The position numbers were made by a program, and so were the translations under genes. From positions 256,001-320,000 of the forward strand of contig CAWCUS010000006.1 of NCBI GenBank assembly GCA_963798845.1: DNA of 64,000 bases. Reading direction: 5' to 3'. Below, piece by piece: positions 27,118-35,790 of this stretch (within the stretch, counting starts at the first letter, position 1; each line of letters begins with the position of its first letter). The notes under the pieces were generated by a model. The model ran no database searches. It worked only from the letters and a program-made list of their open reading frames with translations, and had not been told where the DNA came from. The stretch comes from an uncultured Gemmatimonadales bacterium (lineage in GTDB: Bacteria; Gemmatimonadota; Gemmatimonadetes; Longimicrobiales; RSA9).

Positions 27118-28569
27118 ATGACCGTTCGGGCCCGGCTCCTCGTCACCATCAGCGGGATCATCCTCCTCCTGGTCCTCCCCGCCCTCTACGGCATCACGCA
27201 GCTCCGTCGGGTCCGGGCCATCGCGGAGGGGCTGGAGGAGGTGCATGCCGACGACGTCCTCACGCTCGGCAACCTGCGCGAGGAGTTCGCCGAGCTCGAC
27301 CGTCTCCTGCGCAGCTACGTGGTCGAGCCTGCCGCCGAGTACCGCCAGTCGGCGGAGACGGATATCGCGGCTGCCCGGGGCAACCTGCGCCGCCTGTCCC
27401 GGTCCGGCCTGGACGGCGAGGTCTCCGTTTCTCGCGCCCAGCTCGATTCGCTCGCCACCGCCACCGCCCGCCTCGAGGAGCTCATGGGCAGCGACCGCCG
27501 CGACGAGGCCACGTCCTACCTGCTGAACGACGTACGCCCCCTCCTCGACGGGCTCCGGCACTCCCTCACGGCAGTGGCGAGCGCGCTGGACGAGCGTGGC
27601 AAACAGGCCGTGCAGGAGGCGCAGGTCGTGAGCGCCGCGGCGACGCGAACCACCATGCTCGTGGTCACGATCGCACTCTTCCTGACGATCATCCTCGGGC
27701 TCTGGACGACGGACGCCCTCTCGCGTCCGCTGCGGCGCCTTTCCGAGGCCACGGCCTCCGTCGCCGCCGGGGACTTCAAGGCGCCGCCGCACCTGGCCTA
27801 CGAGCGGTCGGACGAGATCGGCCATCTTTCCCGCTCCTTCGCGCTCATGACCGAGCAGCTGAGCGAGCTCGACCGTCTCAAGGCCGAGTTCGTCGGCCTC
27901 GCCACCCATGAGCTCAAGACACCGATCAACGTCATCATGGGGTACGCCGAGCTCATGGACGAAGGCGTCTACGGTGACCTGCCCGATCGGCAGCGGGAAG
28001 TCACCCGGCTCATCCACGAGCAGGCCCGCTCCCTTACCCGCCTGGTCAATCAGCTCCTCGACCTCTCCCGCTTCGAAGCCGGCGGGCTCAAGATGGAGCC
28101 CAATCCGATGGAGCTCGCCGGCCTTCTCACCGATGTCGAGGCTGCGTTCCGGGCGCTCGCCACACAGAAGCGCATCCAGTTCGATGTCCGCAGCGAGGAC
28201 TCCGCCCCGCACATCGTCAGCCTCGACCGCGACCGCATTCGCCATGAGGTCCTCGGAAACCTCCTCTCGAACGCGTTCAAGTTCACCGACACGGGCGGTG
28301 AGATCAGCCTGCGAGCATGGGGCGAGGACGGGAACGTCGGGCTGGAGGTGAGCGACACGGGTGCCGGGATCCCGCAGGATCAGCTGCAGCACGTGTTCGA
28401 CAAGTACTACCAGGTGGGCGCGGAGGCCAAGGCACAGGGGAGCGGCCTGGGGCTCGCCATCGCCAAACAGGTGGTGGAAGCCCACCACGGAACCATCTCC
28501 GCCACCAGCACCGTCGGACGAGGGACCACGTTCCGCATCACGCTTCCGGCCGGCTCGGCGGAGGGATGA
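27118..28569 (+). CDS. Membrane HAMP-domain sensor histidine kinase
   Basis: Two TM segments flanking a helical periplasmic domain. HAMP (RPLRRL...DEIGHL), then HELKTPIN, NLLSNAFKFT and GSGLGL. Confidence 0.93.
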   Translation: MTVRARLLVTISGIILLLVLPALYGITQLRRVRAIAEGLEEVHADDVLTLGNLREEFAELDRLLRSYVVEPAAEYRQSAETDIAAARGNLRRLSRSGLDGEVSVSRAQLDSLATATARLEELMGSDRRDEATSYLLNDVRPLLDGLRHSLTAVASALDERGKQAVQEAQVVSAAATRTTMLVVTIALFLTIILGLWTTDALSRPLRRLSEATASVAAGDFKAPPHLAYERSDEIGHLSRSFALMTEQLSELDRLKAEFVGLATHELKTPINVIMGYAELMDEGVYGDLPDRQREVTRLIHEQARSLTRLVNQLLDLSRFEAGGLKMEPNPMELAGLLTDVEAAFRALATQKRIQFDVRSEDSAPHIVSLDRDRIRHEVLGNLLSNAFKFTDTGGEISLRAWGEDGNVGLEVSDTGAGIPQDQLQHVFDKYYQVGAEAKAQGSGLGLAIAKQVVEAHHGTISATSTVGRGTTFRITLPAGSAEG

Positions 28570-29474
28570 CCCGGATCTGGGACGCCGTGATCGTCGGTGC
28601 CGGACCGGCAGGGCTCTCCGCCGCTCTCTGGCTCGGCCGCTACCGCCGGCGCACCCTCGTCATGGACGACCAGCGACCGAGAAACGCGGGCGCCTGGGCG
28701 GTCCATGGCTACCCCGGGCTCGAGGACCCGAATCCCGACACGCTGCGGCAGCGCCTGAGCGAGCAGGCGCGCCACGCCGGCGCCATGATCGAGCGCTGTC
28801 GCGCGACCGACATCGACGGCAGCCGCGACGACTTCGCCGTCCACCACGCCGATGGCGACGTCTCGCGTGCCCGCCGTCTCCTCCTCGCCTACGGCCGGAA
28901 AGACAGGGTTCCGGAGATTCCCGGCCTTGCGCCACTGCTCGGCAGCTCCGTCTTCCACTGCCCGGACTGCGACGGGCCCAGCGTCACCGACCTGCGCGTC
29001 GGCGTCCTCGGCCACGACCATGACGCGGCCGAGCTCGCCCTCTACCTCCTGACCTGGACTCCGCACGTGCGAATCCTCACCCACGGCCGCACGCCCGACC
29101 TGGAGCCGCGCGTCCTCCAGATCCTCCACGACCACGGCATCCCCGTTGACACCCCGATCATCCACAGCGCCGCAGGCCGCAATGGCCGACTCGACGAGCT
29201 CGAGACCGACGAAGGAAGCATCCCTCTCGACGCCCTCTTCTTCCACTGGGGCAGCGACCCCTCCGCCAGCCTCGCCGGGACCGTCTCCTGCGACTGCCGC
29301 TCTTCCGGCGACATCCTCGTCGACCCCGCCACCCTCGAGACCTCCGTCACGGGCGTCTACGCCGCCGGCGACATCATCGGAAGGCCCTATCTGGCCATCA
29401 GCGCCGCGGCCGAGGGCGTGCGCGCGGCGCTCGCCATCCACCGCTCGCTCCTCCCCCCCGAGTTCGAAATCTGA
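28566..29474 (+). CDS. Thioredoxin-reductase-like FAD-dependent oxidoreductase
   Basis: Motifs IVGAGPAGLSAA, HCPDCDG and ETSVTGVYAAGD. ATG 28566 overlaps the kinase stop. Confidence 0.88.
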   Translation: MTRIWDAVIVGAGPAGLSAALWLGRYRRRTLVMDDQRPRNAGAWAVHGYPGLEDPNPDTLRQRLSEQARHAGAMIERCRATDIDGSRDDFAVHHADGDVSRARRLLLAYGRKDRVPEIPGLAPLLGSSVFHCPDCDGPSVTDLRVGVLGHDHDAAELALYLLTWTPHVRILTHGRTPDLEPRVLQILHDHGIPVDTPIIHSAAGRNGRLDELETDEGSIPLDALFFHWGSDPSASLAGTVSCDCRSSGDILVDPATLETSVTGVYAAGDIIGRPYLAISAAAEGVRAALAIHRSLLPPEFEI

Positions 29475-29526
29475 GCCCCGCCCGCCCCGCTGGCGGGCCA
29501 CGGCGAAAGGACCCTACTTTCCTGGC

Positions 29527-29793
29527 ATGCGACACGATCCCCGAGGCCACCACCTGGCCACCATCAGTCACGACGGCCACTTCTGGGATGTCTACCTGGA
29601 GGTGGAGGAAGTCCAGGACCGCGGCGGACCGGTGCGCGGCCGCATCGCGTTCTCAGCCGCGGACGACCCCGCCACCGAGCCCGTCCGCACCGCGCCGATC
29701 TTCCTCGAAGACACCCCGCAGGAAGTGCTGGCCCGCGCCCGGGACTTCAAGACCCACCAGCTCGTGGCCCTGCTCCGCTCGTCGGTGCCCTAG
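29527..29793 (+). CDS. Hypothetical protein (88 aa)
   Basis: MRHDPRGHHLATISHDGHFWDVYLE..., with coding-like composition and TACTTT 6 nt upstream. Confidence 0.7.
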   Translation: MRHDPRGHHLATISHDGHFWDVYLEVEEVQDRGGPVRGRIAFSAADDPATEPVRTAPIFLEDTPQEVLARARDFKTHQLVALLRSSVP

Positions 29794-29803
29794 CCGCCGT
29801 CAC

Positions 29804-30538
29804 TCACCGCGAGCCCGCCACCGGCGCCGTCCCGAGCCACGCCTGCACCGACGCACGCCCCGCGCGCGCGAACACGTGCGAGGGATACTGCCGGCACGTA
29901 GGCGTATTCGTCCCGTGGACGCACCCGTTGTACCGCAGCAGAGCACGATCCACATCACCACGAGACTCCCGGAGGTACCGGGCGAACAACGTCGCACCCG
30001 CACATACGTTGGTCTCGATCTCCTCCAGGTCCGCACCGCACTCGGGAAAGCTGCCCCTGTGCACCGGCATCACCTGCATCAGCCCGATCGCGCCCACCGG
30101 GCTCCGCGCGACCGGGTCCAGCCACGGGTTCTCCACCAGCAGCACAGCCAGGAGCAGATGCGAGTCCAGCCCGAGACGGTTTGACTCCCGGACCAGCGAC
30201 ACCGCGATCCGCTGCCCCAGCTCAGGGTCCCCCCGGTAGCGGAGCAGCACGCGCTCGATCGGAGCCACCTGTGCGTCGTAGTATCGCCCCGCCTCCGACC
30301 ACGCCGCACGCACTCGCGCCACCCGCTTCTCCAGCACACGGACGCTCGGAGACACCGCTGCGGTCGCTCCACCGCCTTCGCCTCCCGAGTGCTCCCGCGT
30401 CGGCTCCGCCCCGGCCGCCGGAGCCCCGGCGTAGAAGGCGCCCACCAGCAGCCCCGTCCCGAGCAGCATCGCCAATGACGCTATCCGCCGACTTCGGCCG
30501 CGATAAAGGAAGATCGATTTGAGTAGATCAATGTACAT
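29804..30538 (-). CDS. Lytic transglycosylase (SLT domain) with N-terminal membrane anchor
   Basis: Catalytic Glu region LLAVLLVEN, then SPVGAIGLMQVMP, NVCAG and ALLRYNG. The start could be 30547. Confidence 0.88.
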   Translation of the reverse strand: MYIDLLKSIFLYRGRSRRIASLAMLLGTGLLVGAFYAGAPAAGAEPTREHSGGEGGGATAAVSPSVRVLEKRVARVRAAWSEAGRYYDAQVAPIERVLLRYRGDPELGQRIAVSLVRESNRLGLDSHLLLAVLLVENPWLDPVARSPVGAIGLMQVMPVHRGSFPECGADLEEIETNVCAGATLFARYLRESRGDVDRALLRYNGCVHGTNTPTCRQYPSHVFARAGRASVQAWLGTAPVAGSR

Positions 30539-30607
30539 TTCCACCACCTCGCTCGGGATGACTGCGGCATGCCCGAACCGCCGGGCGGACTCGTGCGCCG
30601 GGCGAGG

Positions 30608-30623
30608 TGCAAGCGGCGTACCT
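30608..30623 (-). promoter_or_regulatory. Putative sigma54 promoter of the SLT gene
   Basis: Minus strand AGGTACGCCGCTTGCA, which is GG-N10-GC with a TTGC -12 element. Confidence 0.6.
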
Positions 30624-30745
30624 CGAGAGCGTTTCCACGGGCCGCGAGCTTTGCGGAATGGCGCCGAATGCCTATATTTTGGTGTGGAATCATGGGCCTG
30701 CCGGGGGCCCGTTCATCTTTGGTACGGTTGGGAGGGACACCTCGA

Positions 30746-30946
30746 ATGGCGCTCTATCGGACGCTGTACTACGGGGACATGACGGTCGGCGTTGGGGGGA
30801 GGGTGACGATCCCCCAGGAGATCCGTGACGATCTGGGGATCGATGACGGAGACCTCATGACGGTCCGGGTGGAGGAGAGCCCGGATGGCACGCGCCAACT
30901 GGTAATGTGGCGTGCGAAGGAGCAGCCTGACGACACCGAAGAGTAG
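30746..30946 (+). CDS. AbrB/MazE/SpoVT family small DNA-binding protein
   Basis: MTVGVGGRVTIPQEIRDDLGIDDGDLMTVRVE. SD-like gggaggg upstream. Confidence 0.82.
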   Translation: MALYRTLYYGDMTVGVGGRVTIPQEIRDDLGIDDGDLMTVRVEESPDGTRQLVMWRAKEQPDDTEE

Positions 30947-30967
30947 CGGCGCACCGTGACCTGTTGA

Positions 30968-31008
30968 GCGCCCCGGCCTCTTGTTGAGGTCGGGGCGCCG
31001 TTATTTCT
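30968..31008 (+). terminator. Intrinsic terminator between convergent abrB-like and luxC-like genes
   Basis: gcgccccggcctc-ttgtt-gaggtcggggcgc followed by cgttatttct. Confidence 0.75.
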
Positions 31009-31011
31009 GCG

Positions 31012-32403
31012 TCAGTATTCCAGGTCGACCCAATGGAGCAGCTCGCGCAGTGCGCCGCGGCCGTCGTGGTGCCACTCGGGGGGCGGCCAGGGCAGGCGCT
31101 CGAAAGTGGTGATGCGGGTGGCACCGGCGCGGGCGAGGGCGTGGGCGATGTCGGGGTGTCGAGCGTCGGTCCCGGCGATGGCCACGGACTGGAGTCGATT
31201 TCCGACCGGCGCCAGCAGGTCGACGGCGTCCTGGAGGTGCTCGATCGGGTGGACGTAGACAAACCGGTTGAGGCATGAAGTCCGGAACACCGGCTCGGGG
31301 TCGTAAACCACGGTCCAGGAGGTTCCGCCTCCGGCGAACACCCTGACGCTTTCGCCGGCGTGACCCCGCATCTCGGCCGCGCCGCGCGCCTGGTGGATGG
31401 CGGAGGCCTCCCCCGCCGACACCGTTCCCCGGGGCAGCTCCTGCTCGATCGATTCCAGCGCGGCACCCAGCTCCTCGGCGAACGCGCGTGCCTCCTCGCC
31501 GCGGGCGTCCTCAACCCACAGGGCGTGGGGCGAGACGCAGCCGTGCTGATCGAAGGTGGCCACCGCGCGGGCCACGGCGCGGGCGAGGGCGGCGCTGTTC
31601 TTTCCCAGCGCGGCGTTGCCGATGAGCCCCACCGAGAGCCGGGGCCCGTGCACGACGAGGCGGTCGTGGGCGGGGGCTCTGGCGCGGAACGAGCTGACGA
31701 CCTCGTCTCCCCCGTAGACGACGACGACGTCCGCGGCCTGGAGCATGCGCCATTCCGCGTCCTCTGCCCCACCGGGCCAGTAGGTGACGGCGAGGGCGTC
31801 GGCGAGATCGGGGTCGACGGAGGCGAGCGCCCGGGCGAAGAGGACGGGGAGCACGGGCTCGCCGGACGCGAGCTTTCCGACCACGGGCGACTTGACGAGG
31901 AGGGAGCGCACCATGGAGGTGACGGCCACTCCCGGCACGTTTCCGGCGAACACGTGGAAACCCAGCCCGGGGCCATAGGCCCGCGTGTTCCGGCCGGGGC
32001 CGGCGGGGGTGAATGCGTCGAGGACCGTCGGATCCCCGAGCTCCGTCTCGAGCAGACGACGGAGGGGTGCCGAGCGCCATCCGGCGGCCATGCGCTCGAG
32101 CACCAGCACGGCCATACGCGGCGAATACCCGGTCGCCCGCGGAATCAGGCGCACCGCCTCCTCTCGCAGCGCATCGCCGCGATCCGTCAGGCGGGCGGCC
32201 GCGGCATCGATCGCTTTCACGATACTCAGCACGGGCCGGTGGACGAGGTCGCGGCCGGCCTGTCTCGCGGCCCGGACCGTTGCTTCCAGGAGATCCGGCG
32301 TGGGGTCGGGGTATGCGCACTCCAGGGTTCCCACTTCCAGCGAGCTCAGCGCCCCCGGCTCCACGCCGCGCGGCAGGCGAAACGCCCTGAAACTGTCGCT
32401 CAT
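31012..32403 (-). CDS. LuxC-like acyl-CoA reductase
   Basis: Motifs FHVFAGNVP, VVVYGGDE, FDQHGCVSP (catalytic Cys) and WHHDG. Start MSDSFR overlaps the luxE-like stop. Confidence 0.88.
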   Translation of the reverse strand: MSDSFRAFRLPRGVEPGALSSLEVGTLECAYPDPTPDLLEATVRAARQAGRDLVHRPVLSIVKAIDAAAARLTDRGDALREEAVRLIPRATGYSPRMAVLVLERMAAGWRSAPLRRLLETELGDPTVLDAFTPAGPGRNTRAYGPGLGFHVFAGNVPGVAVTSMVRSLLVKSPVVGKLASGEPVLPVLFARALASVDPDLADALAVTYWPGGAEDAEWRMLQAADVVVVYGGDEVVSSFRARAPAHDRLVVHGPRLSVGLIGNAALGKNSAALARAVARAVATFDQHGCVSPHALWVEDARGEEARAFAEELGAALESIEQELPRGTVSAGEASAIHQARGAAEMRGHAGESVRVFAGGGTSWTVVYDPEPVFRTSCLNRFVYVHPIEHLQDAVDLLAPVGNRLQSVAIAGTDARHPDIAHALARAGATRITTFERLPWPPPEWHHDGRGALRELLHWVDLEY

Positions 32404-33590
32404 CCGCCTCCTCCGAGCAGCAGATCCATGGCCAGAGAGCACCCCCGCGGCGTCGCCCCGGGCACCCTGCCCTCCAGAACGATCCCGGATTCGTCCACCC
32501 GGCCGAGGTCCTCCGTCTGCACCGCCAGCACGCTGCCGGCGTTGGCCAGGTCCACGTGGCGCAGCAGCCCCGTCTCGCCCGGCGGCAGCGGCGCGAGCGT
32601 CTCCGGGCTCACGGCCACGCTCCGCAGCCACGGCGGCCCGCGTTTGCGGATCGCCTCGTCCAGCCGACCTCCGCTCTCCCCGGACCCGAGGACCGCATCT
32701 CTCAGGCTGCGGTCGTAATACTGCGAGAGCAGCTCCGTCATGCCGTACTCGTTGACGCATGCGTGGGCCGGGAGGGCGAGCCGGTCGCGGTACGCCCTCC
32801 GCATCTCCACCGGGGAGACCCGGCGTCCGGCGCCCTTGTAGCCGCCGGTGTCCATGAGTCGCGACCCTTCCGGAAGGTCGAGCCGACGTCCGCCCTGCGC
32901 CAGCCTGTCGAGCCAGTGGATGTACGCGGACGTGGTCCCCAGCAGGAGCACAGGGCCTTCTCCCGTGCCACCCTTCACGCCGGCATCCTGTACGGCGCCG
33001 CCTTCCTCGCGGGACGGCGCCGGCCCACCCTCACCGTCGAGCGCGGCCTCGAGGGCGTCGAACTCCACGCCCGCCGCGTCGGCGTAGGCCGCGCTCCCGG
33101 GCCCGCCGAACGTTTCCAGGACGTCGGTGATCATGAACGCCAGCGAGGAGTCGGGGAGAACGTCCCGCGGCGGCATGAGGGAGAGAATTCGCGGGCGGAC
33201 GCCGTCCGGCAGGAGAAACGCCTCGAAGGTCGCACGGAGCGACGCCCGGTAGAGGCCGAGGTCCGGGACGTGGTGCTCGCCGCGGAGCTCGGGACCGCGC
33301 GTGGTGCCGCTGGTCCTGAACACCGCTTCCGCGGCGACGCCCGGCGCCGCAAGACGCAACGCCTTGAACGCGGCCGTGGGGACCGCGGGTATTTCGGTCC
33401 AGTGCTCCACGTCCCCGGGCGCCCGCCCGCGGGCACGGCAATACGCCGCGTACGGGGGCACCGCAGTGAAGCAGGAGAGGAACACCCTGAGCGCCAGCTC
33501 GTTGAAGGCTTCGTCGGCGAGCGGGGCGTCCACGCCCTGGAGGAACAACGCGGTCAGCTCGGCGGCGAGGGCCCGGTCAGGAGCGGGCAT
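32400..33590 (-). CDS. LuxE-like acyl-protein synthetase
   Basis: Motifs IPAVPTAAFK, FRTSGTT, DTGGYKG, NEYGMTELLSQ, QTEDLG and the C-terminal RGCS acyl-acceptor motif. Confidence 0.88.
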   Translation of the reverse strand: MPAPDRALAAELTALFLQGVDAPLADEAFNELALRVFLSCFTAVPPYAAYCRARGRAPGDVEHWTEIPAVPTAAFKALRLAAPGVAAEAVFRTSGTTRGPELRGEHHVPDLGLYRASLRATFEAFLLPDGVRPRILSLMPPRDVLPDSSLAFMITDVLETFGGPGSAAYADAAGVEFDALEAALDGEGGPAPSREEGGAVQDAGVKGGTGEGPVLLLGTTSAYIHWLDRLAQGGRRLDLPEGSRLMDTGGYKGAGRRVSPVEMRRAYRDRLALPAHACVNEYGMTELLSQYYDRSLRDAVLGSGESGGRLDEAIRKRGPPWLRSVAVSPETLAPLPPGETGLLRHVDLANAGSVLAVQTEDLGRVDESGIVLEGRVPGATPRGCSLAMDLLLGGGG

Positions 33591-33596
33591 GGGCCC

Positions 33597-35132
33597 TCAG
33601 CGGGGGCGGGCCTCGAAAAACTCCTCGACGGCCATGGCGAATGTGGCGCCCTCGACGGAGTAGCGTCCGGCCAGGGGGGCGAGGAGGGCGAGCGTGCGCT
33701 CCGCCATGGCGCGGTAGCTGCGCTCGCCCGTGCGTCGGTAAAGATCGAGGAGCAGGCGTGAGGCCACCGAGTTCTCCTCGAACGGACGGTCGCGGAAGCG
33801 CAGCGCGCCGAGCGCCGGGATGTCGCGGGGGTGATCGGCGAAGCCGCCGCTCTCCTCCCACAGCGTCCGTTCCATGCGGGCGACGATTCGCTCCGCCCGC
33901 GCGAGGGCCCCCGGATCGTCCGTGGCCGCGGCCACCGCCACGCATGCCCGGGCGCCATGCAGCATGTCGAGCAGCAGTCCCGACGGAGGGTCGCCGCCGG
34001 GCACGCGATAGTGCCGCAGCGATTCCCCCTCGGGGACCTCCTCTCCGAGCTGGTCGAAAAACGCGGACAGCGCCGCACGGGCGCGCTCGGTCCAGTCATC
34101 GCGCCCGAGCCGGCGGCCCGCGTCCGCCAGCGACGCGATCCACATGGCGCACGAGTCGGCGTACACCGTGTCGTCCACCGGGGGCGGCTCCAGCGCCGCG
34201 CGCTCTTCGGCCGGCGCGGCGTAGTAGTCGGGGTCGGCCGCCTGGCTGCCCACCCACAGGCCGTCCCGCGCCAGCGTCTGGTCGGCCCACGCCACGGTCC
34301 GCTCCGCGGCAGCCAGCCAGTCGTCCCGTTCGCGGGCGGCAGCGCCGAACGCGAACGCGCCCAGCGCGCGCGCATTGATCGAGAGCAGCTTCTCGGTCTG
34401 GGGGCGCGTCCAGTCCGGCTCCAGGGCGTAGTGGAAGAAGCCGCCCGCGGCCCGATCCTCGATCTCGCCCGCGATCATCCCGTCGAGCGTGCGCTCCGCG
34501 ATCAGCGCCCAGTCCGGGTTGTCCGCGCGCTCCCCCTGTGTGAACAGCAGCTCCACGGCCTCTGCGTGGATGAACTTCGGGGCGTCACCGAAGCCGCCGT
34601 TTCGGGTGTCGAACTGCTGTTCGGCGCCCATGAGGACGTCATCCGCCGGTTCCCGCCGGATGATGCCGATCGCGGGGCGCCGGGAGCGAGCGGCTTCCAT
34701 CGCTTTTCGCCGCCGGACAATCTCCTGCTCCAGCTCCGCGCGGCGGTCGCGCCAGCCGTCCAGCACGCCGCGAGCAACGCGCCGCATCTCCTGCGCGGAG
34801 ACGTACGTCCCGGACCAGAAGACCTCGCCCGTGGGCGCCAGGAACGCGCATGTCGGCCAGCCACCGGAGATGTATCGCTCCTGGATATGCGGGTTGCGGT
34901 CCGCGTCCACCCGCACCGGCACCACCTCCTCGTTCAGCAGGCGGATCACGCCCGGGTCGGAGAGGGTGGTCTCGTCCAGCTCCTGGCACGAACGGCACCA
35001 GCGGGTGGTGAGGATGAGAAGGAGCGGACGCTCCGACTTCGTCGCCTCCTCGAACGCCGCAGGCGTCCAGTGTCGCCAGTGGATCTCGGCAGCCCGGTTC
35101 GGTCTCGGTGAGAAGCGGAAAGGTTCGGCCAT
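33597..35132 (-). CDS. DUF255/YyaL family thioredoxin-domain protein
   Basis: Motifs IHWRHW, WCRSC, VDADRNP, GGWPT and GGFGDAPKF. Start at MAEPFRF. Confidence 0.85.
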   Translation of the reverse strand: MAEPFRFSPRPNRAAEIHWRHWTPAAFEEATKSERPLLLILTTRWCRSCQELDETTLSDPGVIRLLNEEVVPVRVDADRNPHIQERYISGGWPTCAFLAPTGEVFWSGTYVSAQEMRRVARGVLDGWRDRRAELEQEIVRRRKAMEAARSRRPAIGIIRREPADDVLMGAEQQFDTRNGGFGDAPKFIHAEAVELLFTQGERADNPDWALIAERTLDGMIAGEIEDRAAGGFFHYALEPDWTRPQTEKLLSINARALGAFAFGAAARERDDWLAAAERTVAWADQTLARDGLWVGSQAADPDYYAAPAEERAALEPPPVDDTVYADSCAMWIASLADAGRRLGRDDWTERARAALSAFFDQLGEEVPEGESLRHYRVPGGDPPSGLLLDMLHGARACVAVAAATDDPGALARAERIVARMERTLWEESGGFADHPRDIPALGALRFRDRPFEENSVASRLLLDLYRRTGERSYRAMAERTLALLAPLAGRYSVEGATFAMAVEEFFEARPR

Positions 35133-35175
35133 GGTGGCATGCACCATAAAGGAAAACGTGACGCCAGGCCAGCGC

Positions 35176-35790
35176 TCATGGGACGCGGAAGCGACCGCTC
35201 CTCGCTTCGTACCGCCGCGCAGGGAGATCAAGCACGCGGATGAGCAGCCGCTTGAGGCCCGTCCCCACGGCGCCCGGCACCGACCCCTCCCCCTGGACTG
35301 CGGGGCCAAGGTCGCCGCGGAGCCAGCGCTCCAGCTCGTCCAGGTCCGAAAGCGAAAGGGTCTCCACCTCGAGGAGGGCGATGTAGTAGTACCGTCCCCC
35401 TCGGTCGGGCACGAGCCGCGGACGGTACACCGTCTCCAGCGAGCCCCGCGCCGCTTCGAACGAGGGGTAGCTGGCCAGCGAATCGTCCCCTTCCTGCCCC
35501 GCCACGAACCGTCGGCCCAATGGCTCGTACGCCAGCACGGCGCTCCACGTCACGTCCCCGACCAGGTGGTCGAACAGCTGGTCGCGCCACAGCTCGAGCC
35601 TGAACTGAAGCCGGAGCGGCAGGCCGGAGCGCACCGCGCTCTCGAGCGCCTGGTCCCGCAGCACTCCCTGCATCACCACGCGCGGAGCGCGGTCCTCCAC
35701 GGAAACCGCCAGGGGAGCCTGGGCGGCGATGGGCACGACCCAGGCGAGGGCGGCCGCTGCAGCCGCGAAGACCGGGCCCCGGATGCTCAA
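35176..35790 (-). CDS. DUF4390-like secreted protein
   Basis: A TTG start overlaps the upstream stop and gives a signal peptide. ALESAVRSGLPLRLQFRLELWR resembles DUF4390. Confidence 0.6.
   Translation of the reverse strand: MSIRGPVFAAAAAALAWVVPIAAQAPLAVSVEDRAPRVVMQGVLRDQALESAVRSGLPLRLQFRLELWRDQLFDHLVGDVTWSAVLAYEPLGRRFVAGQEGDDSLASYPSFEAARGSLETVYRPRLVPDRGGRYYYIALLEVETLSLSDLDELERWLRGDLGPAVQGEGSVPGAVGTGLKRLLIRVLDLPARRYEARSGRFRVP

Noticed and set aside
31012..33590. Bioluminescence (lux) operon
   Set aside because: There is no luxA, luxB or luxD in the window. Only the reductase and synthetase homologues are present.
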